A stretch of 63,643 bases of DNA, filler included, from Choristocarpus tenellus KU-1152 (taxonomy: Eukaryota; Protista; Phaeophyceae), in the NCBI GenBank assembly GCA_964200185.2. It is 12 parts of 12 records of this genome, joined end to end, with 100 filler letters (N's around TTAATTAATTAA, not from the genome) between each part and the next. Parts side by side here need not be neighbours in the genome. Positions count along the whole stretch, not along the records: positions 1 to 7,080 come from CAXNAD020006738.1; positions 7,181 to 10,368 come from CAXNAD020021674.1; positions 10,469 to 16,701 come from CAXNAD020008612.1; 9 more parts are not named here. One strand, given 5' to 3'. Shown one piece after another: positions 1 through 11,087 of this stretch. Below the pieces are notes generated by a model. The model was not told the origin of the DNA, searched no databases, and saw only the letters and a list, made by a program, of their open reading frames with translations. Within the stretch, counting starts at the first letter, position 1; every line of letters starts with the position of its first letter. A program made the position numbers and the translations under genes.

Positions 1-143
1 CCCCCCCTCCCAGATACTTTGGGTCTTAACATTTCTTTGCAACACTTCCTCTTTATACATTTCCTTTAGTCCTCGGTCTAATCTCCTACACATTTTTTGA
101 GTGCTCCTACTATACAAGTAGGATGCTTGATCGGCTAGGAAGA

Positions 144-225
144 ACCCTAACCCTGACCCTGACCCTGACACTAACCCTAACACGAACATTATCCCTCTAA
201 CTCTAACCCGAACCCTAATTCTAAC
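144..225 (+). repeat. Degenerate interstitial telomere-like (CCCTAA)n tract; similar short tracts near 18236, 19000, 19485, 20167, 52448
   Basis: ccctaa/ccctga/ctctaa hexamers in tandem. Confidence 0.7.
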
Positions 226-2650
226 TCGGTAGCAAATAGTTATTTCAAAGAACAATGCACGTTATTTGAGGCGTTGTTTGCAATGGTGACGAAGTGGGTA
301 AATTACTTTAAAGTTGAGAAGAAGTCACATTGTAGGCTCGAGTGTCAGTATATCATAGCAAGCCATGTTTGCACATCAGATTGTATCAACAACAGTAGTA
401 GAGTATGGGAATGGGAGGCCTCTCCACTTTGACCCACGCTTGAGTTGTGCTCAACGGATTGCTAGCAAGACTTACTCTTCACGAGGAATCCTATGTTGAC
501 CACCCCCAACTCTGATTCTTCCTGTGGGAGGATATCATTTGACTGAGTGTACACATCGTCATGGTTGGTAGTGTATTTTACATGTGAAACTAAGACATCA
601 TCACTCTTGTTCCGAATGGTGGTATTTAAGTTAACGATTTTGCCAAGATGTGTCCACAAAAATTGGTTTCTATCATACGAAGATACTTTGTGTACAGTAG
701 TATATTGCTATAGAGCATCATTAATAGTTTGTGCGTAATATTGTTTCTATTTTATATGATACATACTTATGTCAACCTTCAATTTAGTACCATTCAGAAC
801 ACAAGATGACTGAGTAGGCGTATGAATCAGGGGTGGACTATGTTTTTTCTGCAAATCCAAAACACTACCACTAAGTATGAATTTTGGGAGTTTGAAGGTA
901 GGAGCAAATTCTCGAAAACTTTTTGTTTAACGGTGATGGGTGGGTTCACTCGCTAAGAAAGAAGTGGCCTAAAATACTGAAGAAAGGCGCATTGATGACA
1001 TAGGTGTCAATACCTTACATAGCAAGTTGTGTCGGCTTATCAGATTATATAAACTTCCTGATTGAAGACCTCTCTGTTTTCACCCGTACTAAGATTGGTA
1101 TTGACGAATTGCTGGCACTGACTTGTCCGACAGGGCTACTCTTCATGAGGAACACAATGGTGACCAGTCCCCACTCTGATTCATCCTGTGGGAAGATACC
1201 GTTTGACGGAGTGTGTCCATTGTCACTGTTGTGTCTTCTCCGTCCGAAGACACGATAGGCTATGGGCAGAAACCTAGGGTTCCAATATATTGCATTAAAG
1301 TATCCCGAAACTCATCATGGATTAGAGTGAAAATTGAAGGGATAATGCCAAATGTTGTAGAGGAGTGATTAACTTAAGCAGAGGTGGCGACCATACAACC
1401 TTAAAGCACCATGGTCCATAGAGCCAATTCCTACCCATCCATTCCTATACAAGAGCAAATATGGGTTTACCGGCTATTGACTCTTGCGTACTGACTCTGC
1501 GTGGATACCACTAGTTATCTCCGATGCAGTTGGGATAGTTTATTCGAGCTTGTGTTGGCTGGTTTACCAATCTACCACCACCATTCTCACTCTCACAAAG
1601 CTCAGATTACTTGACATAAACGTTTCACAGCAATATATTGATCATGCCCGCTGAAATTTTGCAGATGTACAGGGGGAAAAGCAAAACCTATTTCAAAAGT
1701 ACCTCTCCAAGAATAGCAGTTGTAGTTACTGAAAAATATTCCTCTCCAATTAGTATGTGTGTAGTTGCTGGGTACCGGTCGCACTAGATGCGTACCACTG
1801 TACAGGTTACACTGATCCGGCATTTATTCTTTCCAATGTTCATTGTACGACAACTGTTACTTTTACAGGGGTTCTTGTGATCTTGGTTTGGCTTTTCCCC
1901 TAGCACATGTGCAAAACGTCAGAGGGCATAAAAGTATAGTGTTCATTGTCCCTCCATTCCTTTTTTTTGGCAAGGTTAGATGGTGAACACCAAGAATTTT
2001 CCGGATTAGTTGGCGAGCGTTATATATTGAAAGGTTTTTGTTTCAAAGAATGGTGGGCTACCCCTTCCCCCACCCTCACACCCTTTTCAAGACCCGTGAA
2101 AAAAACTAATCAACAGACAGCACAAAACCAACTTTCCTTTGCTCACGAGTTCTGGATTATTAATCAGCCTTGTCTCACCCTGTGCAATTTATCTAGGAAG
2201 GTATTACTATTTATCAGTAATGAAGACAAGAAGGTGTGAAGCCTCACATGATCCCGTTTGCTGAACGTGAAAGGAATGGATGGATGAAATTAGAAGAGTT
2301 ACCTTTTTGGGGTGTCTTCTTATTGCTTCTTTTATTATTTTGTGCTTCCTACATAAGTCAACGTTTAGGTCAAAGTAGTTGAATGCGAAATAAAAATCCG
2401 TACATGATTCCATTCATAATCCGGATTTACTATCTCATTAGTTACATCACATGGACACATGGACACATGGATAATCTCTCATACACAAAATAAGGTACTT
2501 CTCACTATTGTCCTATTTTGCACATAGCCTTCCATCCATTCTACTCCTCCACAACTGTAACACCACTGGTGACCAACCAGTGCGACCAATCTTTGCCACT
2601 GGTTTCCAATCACCACCCAATGCGGCCAATCCCATGTGTCGAGTGACCGA

Positions 2651-3384
2651 TGTTAAGACATAGGCTACTCATTTGTTTCTTCTTGATAGATACGAAACTG
2701 CCAGCTCGTACTGACTGTTGATTGGTCCACTGCACTGGTTGTTATTGTCCATTTGTTTACTGTGCATCCCAACTCATCATCACATCGATAACAGTAGATA
2801 AAAGTATAGCATCAGTTGATATTCAGTTGATACACATCACACACAGGAACATCATAGCAAGCCCCATCCTAGTTACTTCGGATCTTGTTCCAAGCGCGTT
2901 CCTCTGTTACGTTTTTTTTTTCTTTGTTGCTGTCTGTCATCTCTTTTCTTCTTTTTTTCAGCAGAAGACCTCAGATCAAGTTAATTGTTGGTTATTGTTT
3001 TTTCAATGGTTGTCCTTGCCCCCTCTGAGTGCATCAAGCTCACTCTGCAATAAGTGCAACTGACGCACACCTGGATGTAATATAATCAGAGTTAAAACTA
3101 TCTACAGAAACCCTTGCCAGCTAAGGTAACGAGCCTCTCCACAGACTATGGACTTCATTCGTTGAGTATCTCATGAAAAAACACTGAATTCACAACACAT
3201 CATTCCTTACTGAGAGATCAATTACTTCAGTTGCAACAGAATAAACACATCAGTGCTGTACTGTACAATCACATCTACTCACAACACAGACTATGTGTAT
3301 TACTCATCGGTGCTTCACAACACCATAATTCCCTTTCACTCGTAGTCTACGCATTTTGCTTACATGTACGATGAATTTGATTCA
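2651..3384 (+). mobile_element. LTR-like dispersed repeat (solo-LTR candidate), copy 1
   Basis: Starts TGTTAA and ends CA. Homologous to 25559-26223, 10276-10368 and partly 41320-41480 (shared ataggctactcatttgtttc...gttgattggt and cagaaacccttg..aaggtaac). Confidence 0.65.
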
Positions 3385-4539
3385 GGTTTCAAAAACCAAC
3401 CAGTGTGACTAATCTTAGCAACTGATTTCCAGCCACCAGAAACCTCGACCGATTTCACATATCCAGTGACCAACCAGTGCAACCAATCTTCGCCACTGAT
3501 TTCCAGTCACCAACCAATGCCACCAATTTCCGCAAATCCATCCACCTTCCTCCACGATTGTTTCCACCGCTTTCCACTACACCACACCATTCTCCACCAC
3601 ACCACTCAACACCACTCTACATCACTCCACAACACTTCACTTTCATCCAAGAGCACCCCTCCATCATCCCCTTCAATACCGTGCCTTGGAACTAGAAGAT
3701 ATCCGCCCCGCCCGAACTTGACCTCCCCCCCGGTCCCCAGCATCTGTATCCCACTCAATCGTGAGCAATCGAAAGGGTGGGTGGGGGTGGGAAAGATTGC
3801 TCGGAGGTTGCCTTGATCTTGCCCTTCGCGTCTTGCACCACCACCCTTGGCTTTACCTGTAGCTCTTCCCCATTCCTTTTCCCCCCCTACCTTGTTGAAA
3901 CCTGATTTCGTATGAATTGTGCATTATTGTGGTGTGCCTAGTTTGTAACGAAGGGTATCATAGTGCAACAAAGCACTGATGAATCTGTTCTGGTAGGTCT
4001 AACGGCATGTTTTACTCAAGCAGACAATGTTCGATGTGAAAATATGTTTGGTTGTGCCGTGCTTAGCACGTCTAGAGATAGGTGTGTGTCATAGTGCAAC
4101 AAGACACCTACAGGTTCGGTCTGCTGCGTCTGAAGGTATATCTTAGTCAGACTCTCTCGTGTGAAATGTATAATGGTGCGTCTGTAACATGTTTTACTCA
4201 AACAGACTATGGTTGATAAGAAATGTGTGATCATTCATTGAGACACTCAAACGAGGAAACTCATCCTTTGTGAAAATTGTTGTTACCTTAGCTGAGGAGG
4301 ATTTTGAAGGGTGGTCTTAGCTCTGTTTATATTGCATCCTGGCGTGTGTCTGGTACGTATTGCAGAGTGAGCAGGATGAGTTAAGGGGGCAATGCCAGTC
4401 CAGAAAAATAATGATCAATATATGATATCCAACTGACAACTTGTGTAAAGAACAATGAGGGGAAAAAACCAAGAAGAAACAAGGAGATAAATTGGAATTA
4501 GTGTCTGAGACAACTGATGCGACACATGGTATGTCTTTA

Positions 4540-4615
4540 TGTGTGCAAATTACCTTGGGAGGTAGTGCTATTTGTCAGTGGTGAGATAAGAAGGTGTGAA
4601 GCCTCACACGACCCC
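4540..4615. repeat. Dispersed repeat truncating the copia element; other copies at ~2180-2255 and ~7317-7410 (inverted)
   Basis: Shared core aagaaggtgtgaagcctcacacgaccc in three places. Confidence 0.75.
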
Positions 4616-7080
4616 TCCCTGGTGGCAGACTCTCTCCCTCATGGAAGGTTCCTTTGGTTCGTTGGCCCTCCATTTCTTGTTCCATTGCCTCCTTCCAGTG
4701 TTCTGCATCAGACCCTGCGAGGGCTTCTGCGATGGTTGATGGCTCCTGGTGGCCTATCGAGACGTCACCTGCCATGCCCATCAAACAGTATGCATCATTC
4801 GTGCTTGATCTGAGCAGATTCACTATATTCTCTCCCAGTTCTTCCGTATCTCCAGAGTGTAAGCCCCTGTAGTCCACCCTGGGTTGTTCCACTATCCTGG
4901 CTGACCTCCGTTGTCCACTAGGTGAACTTGTTGAGTTCTTTCCAACGGCTGTTGCTTGGGGGTATCGGAACAAATGCAATATCGAAATCCCGATCAGAGT
5001 TGTCATCAGTATCAGAAATTTCTTCATCATCTGTCGAAGTCGTGGTCTCTCTCTCCTCCAAGAAGTTCATGCTGTGTTCGTCTGGCTCGAACGTTACGTG
5101 GGCTGAAGTTACCAACTTGGCCTCTTGAGGAAGCCAGATGTGCCAGCATAGTGATGTACAGTCATGTCCCATTATTACACCTCGCTTAGCGTATGGGAGA
5201 AACTTTGAACTGACCCCTCTCTGCTGCTTGTCCTGGTGAACATAGCACTCGCTCCCCCAGGCCCGAAGCCCATCGTAGTTGAGAGGTTTACCTGTTAGAC
5301 GCTGGCATGGCGTCTCTCCTCCCCGGTATTCGTGTGGCTTGCCTCCAGTCTTGAAGGCGACGTGTCTGTGATGCCAAAGAACCAATACTCGTCGCCCAGC
5401 CCAGCCCTTGCCAGTTGACTCCTTGCTTCCCCCATGAGTTGCTTTATCGCCCTTTCGGTAATTCCGTTGCTCTTTGGTGTCCTCGGTGGAGATTTCCTCC
5501 ATCGGGTACCGTTGTTCGCCAGCATCCTTTGGAATTTCACTGATCTCCCAAGCTCGCCAGCACCATACCCACTGATGCATTTGACTGGTATACCTTCCCT
5601 GGCCATCTGGTCGATATAAGCAGTGGTTGCGCCCATCGATCCGTTTTTCATTTTAATCCATAAGCCCTATTGTCTCTGCTGCTCTCATCGACAAACACCT
5701 GAAAATATTGATGGCCAGTGATGTCCGCTTTAAAAGGTCCCACCAAATCTGTGTGGACAACCTCGCCGGGCTGCTTGGGGGTCCTGCCACCCCGTTGATA
5801 GCTTAGGGCCTCAGACTTGCATTCCTTGCAGGTCTCGCATTGCAGTTCTGATGCCACAGTAGCGTCGGTGATCTCTAAAAGTCCACGTTTCTCGAGATGC
5901 TATATTGCTGATGGATTGATGTGTCCCAACATGCTGTGCCAGTCCCTCAATGTCAGCCTCTGCGTTTGGTTGGCTCGTGCGGCGCTGGCTCTCGATTCTT
6001 GTTCCATGGTGATTATGGTTCCGGCTAAATTTAAGAACCCCCCCGACCTTTGTAGGTTTATCTTGGGCGAATTCTTGGAAGCCCTCAGATAACTTTCTTT
6101 TGTTCCTGAATCCATAAATTCTCCTCCATTCCGTCATATACTTCCAGTACTCAATATGCGGCATGGCAGACCTGGGACCCATAGAACATCCTTCAGAACC
6201 ACTCTTGTTGGTTTGCCGTCCTTGTCCGTCACCATTGGAACCATATCCCCGGTTTCCTTCGCTTCCAATTTCCCATTGTTTCCAAAGGTGCATGTGTGTT
6301 TGGTAGGCTGATTGCTTACAAGGTCTTCACGATCAAGTGTAAGATGTACGCTTGCTCCAGAGTCACACAATATCTCGACTTGTCTTCCAATGGAGGAGTT
6401 GATCACCGCCCTTTTGTTAACCTCCTCGTCTGCTGTCACTTTGAAACTGGAGAAGGAGCGCGCTTGGTTTCCGTCGACTTTGTTGCTGCTCCCACTAGTT
6501 GGAGGTGGCGGAAATGTTCCGGGTGCCATCTTAGGCAGACGTTTTGCCGGTGACTTTCCTTTTAAGTATTGGTAGCAATTCTGCCATCGATGGTTCATCC
6601 TTAAGCAATATCCACATTGTTCTGATTCGAGGCCGCTTGCAACTAATCCCCTGGTCTTCCGAGCATGACCGTTCATCACATTGCCATGCTTTGCTAATAT
6701 CCCATCGTGACCATCTTGGCCTGAGTGAAGGTAAGCTATCGACGAGATGACTGCCCGTTTGAGCTCTTCATAGCTGCTGATGTCCGGGTGCGTTATTAAT
6801 TGCGCAAACACATGTGGCATCGATTCCTTGATCCCAAGCAGTATAGATGCCCTCTTCATGTTTTCGGAGTTAGGCTCCTTGAGCTCCTCGAATTCCGAAA
6901 ATAGTCGTTCGAGTTTGACGACAAAATCGGTGCTGTCCTGAGACGCTGTGCACCGTAATTCGCGGAGTTTTGCCTCCAACGTGATGACTTGTACGGGGAT
7001 TTCGTCCTCCGCGCGTCCACCGTAGACTCGTTCTAGTTCCAACCAAGCTCCTCTGCCGTCTGGTTGACCTCCATTTTCGT
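4616..7080 (-). mobile_element. Ty1/copia LTR retrotransposon fragment (gag-protease-integrase), frameshifted, ends before RT
   Basis: Gag zinc knuckle CGYCLRMNHRWQNC, protease ILCDSGASVH, pre-integrase WHSMLGHIN/CETCKECK, integrase VHTDLVGP and NGITER, SH3-like WGSECYVH, EPSTIAEAL. Copia domain order. Confidence 0.93.
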
Positions 7081-7180
7081 NNNNNNNNNNNNNNNNNNNN
7101 NNNNNNNNNNNNNNNNNNNNNNNNTTAATTAATTAANNNNNNNNNNNNNNNNNNNNNNNNNNNNNNNNNNNNNNNNNNNN
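7081..7180. other. Artificial contig-joining linker (N-run + TTAATTAATTAA + N-run); identical linkers at 10369, 16702, 21207, 27119, 35368, 38992, 45527, 53294, 58174, 60876
   Basis: Eleven identical 100-bp N blocks, each with a central palindrome giving stop codons in all six frames. Confidence 0.97.
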
Positions 7181-7449
7181 TATTTGTATTTATTCCGCAT
7201 TCCACTACTTTGACATAACCGTTGACTTAGATAGGAAGCAAAAATAAATAATAAACAAGCAATGAGAAGACATCACACCAAGGTCACTCTTCTCTTCTAA
7301 TCTTCAACCAGGTAATCACGTTCAGCAAAGGGGGTCGTGTGAGGCTTCACACCTTCTTATCTTCACTACTAAAATATAGCATTACCTCCCAAGGTAATTT
7401 GCACACATCCGACTTAGCACAAAGGAAATACAACCAAACAAAACGACAA

Positions 7450-10040
7450 TAATCGTCCCGGATTATCATGGTGTATTGTTTACCACCGATTGAAAGGGTA
7501 GCCCTCTTCCCACTTAGATCGACAAAAACCCGATCCAGCTTCTTACTGCCCTTGAAGACGTACTGGACCGGACGCCCTTCCGTATGCCCGTGCTCATAGA
7601 GCAGCCCTCAAATGGCTCCAGCTCACCCACCAAGGTAATGCCCATTGAAGTGGCGGTGGACTTGAGCAATGCCTCGTGTGCGTGGCCATAAGAGCGGTGG
7701 AAGAGGTTAATATCGATCTCCGTGTGGGGAGCGTGGAGTGCAAGCGAGGGGGCTATAGTGGCCTTTAAAGCAAGTTCAGCATTTCGATCTGGTCGCGGCA
7801 ATATGCGTTGACCATTGAGGGTGTAATGGCAACCAGGATCTCTTGTGAAGGTAAGTACTCCATCTAATAGCGAGAATGTACTGACTTTGAAAATGCCTTT
7901 TTGCATCTTTATCAGCTACTGCTTGGCAAGAAAAAAGATTGAATCGAAGATCGGGGACAAGAGCGACATTCTGAAGGAGTATTTCTATCTCCTTGTTGTC
8001 ACGTGACGGAAACGAGATGGTTAGATCATCATGACCGGTGATGCAAAAGGAATTTTGGCTGGTAGTGACTACCCTTTGGTCTCCAACATAACGCTTGTAA
8101 TTTTGATGGATTTTACCATATTTGTCATACGACATGAAGCCACACAGTCGAAAATCTATTCTTCTTTCTCGCGGCCAACCGCAACACTTGACACCAAACA
8201 TTCGTTTTCCCCACACTTGCCTGGAGCATTGCTGCTCGGAGAGTCCTCAGTGGCGGCCAGTAGTGCGTATCGCCTGTCGTCGCCGCAGCTGGTGATACTT
8301 TCCACAGTAATGTGGGAAGGATTCGCCTCAGTTTTGATCTCTTCTTTCCCAGACTGCACCGTAGTCAAGAATACCGAAGCACATGTTGTTGCATCATGGG
8401 CATGTCCACCATATTTGTTGCAAATGCGGTTTGGGCAAGCCGTCTTCTCATGTCCATGTTTTCCACATCTCTCGCAAGGAATCTTCTAGGGACGTTTTGG
8501 GTTGGAATTAGAACCATTTTTCTTTCTTCCACCATTAAATTTACGTTCGACCCCACGACCTTGGCCATTGCGATGAGACTGACTCTTCCCTTGTCGTGAG
8601 CTGTTAACAACCAAAGCGTGACTGTTCTTGTGTCTTGAGTCCTTCCCCTGATGAAGGGAAGCATATCGCGTGCAATATAGACTAGTAGTCTATATGGTTT
8701 ATAGTGTAAAAGTGAATGAAGTAATGTAACTTGAACTTATAAATAACTGACGTAGTGTAGCTGTCACAAACATGTTTAAATATATTTCTGACGTGTTTGA
8801 TGACGAATGAATTAGATAACAAGGGAGAGCACCACCCCCCACCTTGAGGATAATGCTCACTCCACTAATAAATAAATCCAAACCACATAAAGCAAAGACT
8901 CTATTGGAATAGCTCTCTTTTGCATAGGGCTCTATCCTCAAGGTGGGAGGTGGTGCTCTCCCTTGTTATCTAATTCATTGGTCATCAAACACGTCAGAAA
9001 TATGTTTAAACATGTTTGTGACAGCTACACTACGTCAGTCACTTATAAGTTCAAGTTACATTACTTCATTCACTTTTACACTATAAGCCATATAGACTAC
9101 TAGTCTATATTGCACATATCGCTCTCTAGCAGTTTTCTCTTCTACGTCTACTCGACATAGTGTTCTCTGCGAGGCCATCATGCGTATCTCGGTATCGTAA
9201 TCTGATGCGAGAGCGCTCAGGAACTGTAGGAGCAGCAGCTTGTCCGAGATGACCAGGTCGATTGATAGCATCCTCCCCCGTACCTCTTCCAGGTGGTTTA
9301 AGTTCAGGATCGGATTCGCCCCCTTCTCCACCTTTGAAGTGAAAAACTCACGGAACAAATGTTGGCTATTACCCACTGCATTAGGCATGAACCAATCATC
9401 TATTGCTCGGAAAAGCTTGCTCGGGCTTTGGTGCGTATAGCATAGTGTCCTGCTGGTGGGTGCGACAAGAGCAACAGTATGTGCATCGTAGGCCTCTTCG
9501 GCCATCCAGATATCATTCACACTGAAGCTGTCCGAGAGAAGTTCCTCGTAGGAGTGTTCTTCATTGACTGGTCTTTCACTTGTCAATGCACCCAAGCAGT
9601 GGGTATATCTGCAATGCACGATGAAATGCCTCCACCAGTCCCAGTAGTCCTAGTCGTCTAATAGGGTCGGTGGTTGGGTTCTTGATCTCTTTGTCGTAGG
9701 GTGAACAATATGCGCACCTGACCCCAAGCTCTCCGAAGAACCGGACCTCCGGCTTGCCCCACTTCTGACGCTCACAATATCCAAACTGTTTCCCCTCTCT
9801 GAGAAATTTTCCCTCAACATGGGTTCCATAGGACCCACTTCGACTGGTACGTCCTCAGCCGGAGGCAGTGTGCTGGGCACAGCGGCCTGGACGACGGGAT
9901 GATTTCCATCGCCGACTCTTTCAGACTGAACCATAAGATTACCAACGTTTCTTGACAACTCCACTATCGTCGCCATAAGCTGTCTGAATTCTTGGACAGA
10001 TGGGCCTTTCGAAGGAACAGGTTCCCGCAATTCTTGCATT
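7450..10040 (-). mobile_element. Second Ty1/copia fragment (gag-protease-start of integrase), degenerate, interrupted by a foldback element
   Basis: Gag with knuckle CERCGKHGHEKTAC, protease-region LQNVALVPDLRFNLFS, pre-integrase FHRSYGHAH, integrase start LDRVFVDLSG. Many stops and frameshifts. Confidence 0.88.
8670..9115. mobile_element. Non-autonomous foldback/MITE-like DNA transposon with 183-bp inverted arms and a 7-bp target-site duplication
   Basis: 8670-8852 is the near-perfect reverse complement of 8933-9115. It is flanked by ATATCGC at 8663-8669 and 9116-9122. Removing it restores the gag frame (ARERY|ASLHQGK). Confidence 0.93.
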
Positions 10041-10275
10041 GCATCTCCTCGTGTAGACATGATGAACTGATGCGTTAGAAACCTAAGGTTCAATGTATTG
10101 TGTTGGAGTATCTCCCAAATCATCAAAGAGGACAAAGGTGATAAACCCAGCGAGATTGCTTGGTGTCTGTAGAGTGATAGATTAAAGTTAAGTGGGGCAT
10201 GCAACACTCCATAAGGTCAGAAATATTTCCTTTTATATGAGAAAATTCTTCATACAACTTTTCACTATTAAAACG

Positions 10276-10368
10276 TGTTAAAAAATAGGCTACTCATTTG
10301 TTTCTTGTTGATATGATACACATACTACCAGCTTGTACTGACTGTTGATTGGTGCACTGCACTGGTTG
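10276..10368 (+). mobile_element. 5' end of the LTR-like repeat (same family as 2651-3384), cut by the contig end
   Basis: TGTTAAaaaataggctactcatttgtttc...gttgattggtgcactgcactggttg matches 2651-2740. Confidence 0.7.
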
Positions 10369-11087
10369 NNNNNNNNNNNNNNNNNNNNNNNNNNNNNNNN
10401 NNNNNNNNNNNNTTAATTAATTAANNNNNNNNNNNNNNNNNNNNNNNNNNNNNNNNNNNNNNNNNNNNGTACAAAATGGGTTTGGTACATAATAGTTGGC
10501 ATAAAATCGGTGTAGGTACTGTATGCGTGAACTGGAAGAAATAAATCGGTTGGAACATTGTTTATTATTTGTACTCTCTTACATCTTCACATCACAACAA
10601 TGCGCGATCGGCACCTCTCTCTCTCCACTATATTCCACAACACGCGCGCTCGCTCTATCTCTCCTTGTTGTTTCCTATCTGTGGTCTTGTCAACACCACT
10701 TTCGTTGCACCGAAACTCGCTGCTCTTCGGAGGAGGACCTTCTGTAGGAGTATATATTGTCAAGCTTTGATCTTAAGGTGTAAGCATCATTTGTTAGCTA
10801 TCAGATATTCTCACCTCGTCAGCTGAACGTCAGGAAAAGCAAGACGCTTTAGTCACACTGTCGCAATGCGGCGTTCACGACTAGCGCTTTGAGCTCGGCG
10901 ACCTTCTCGTACACTTTGTAGGTTAACCTTGTGTGAAGAAGGAAGGAATCTCACGAAATTCTTTGCATGCTGTGTTGTTCCTTGGTATGGCCATCCAAGG
11001 GTCGGCGTGTTGGGCCTGGTCAAACGTCCTGGTGTGAGGTCAACAAGGCGAACTGCCCAGGTCTGAGTCCTGTGTGACACAAACGTC

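Noticed and set aside
144-225. True telomere
   Set aside because: The tract is short, degenerate and internal, and similar tracts are scattered through introns.
7126-7137. Recurrent TTAATTAATTAA palindrome as a biological motif
   Set aside because: It always sits inside identical N blocks and is a six-frame-stop assembly linker.
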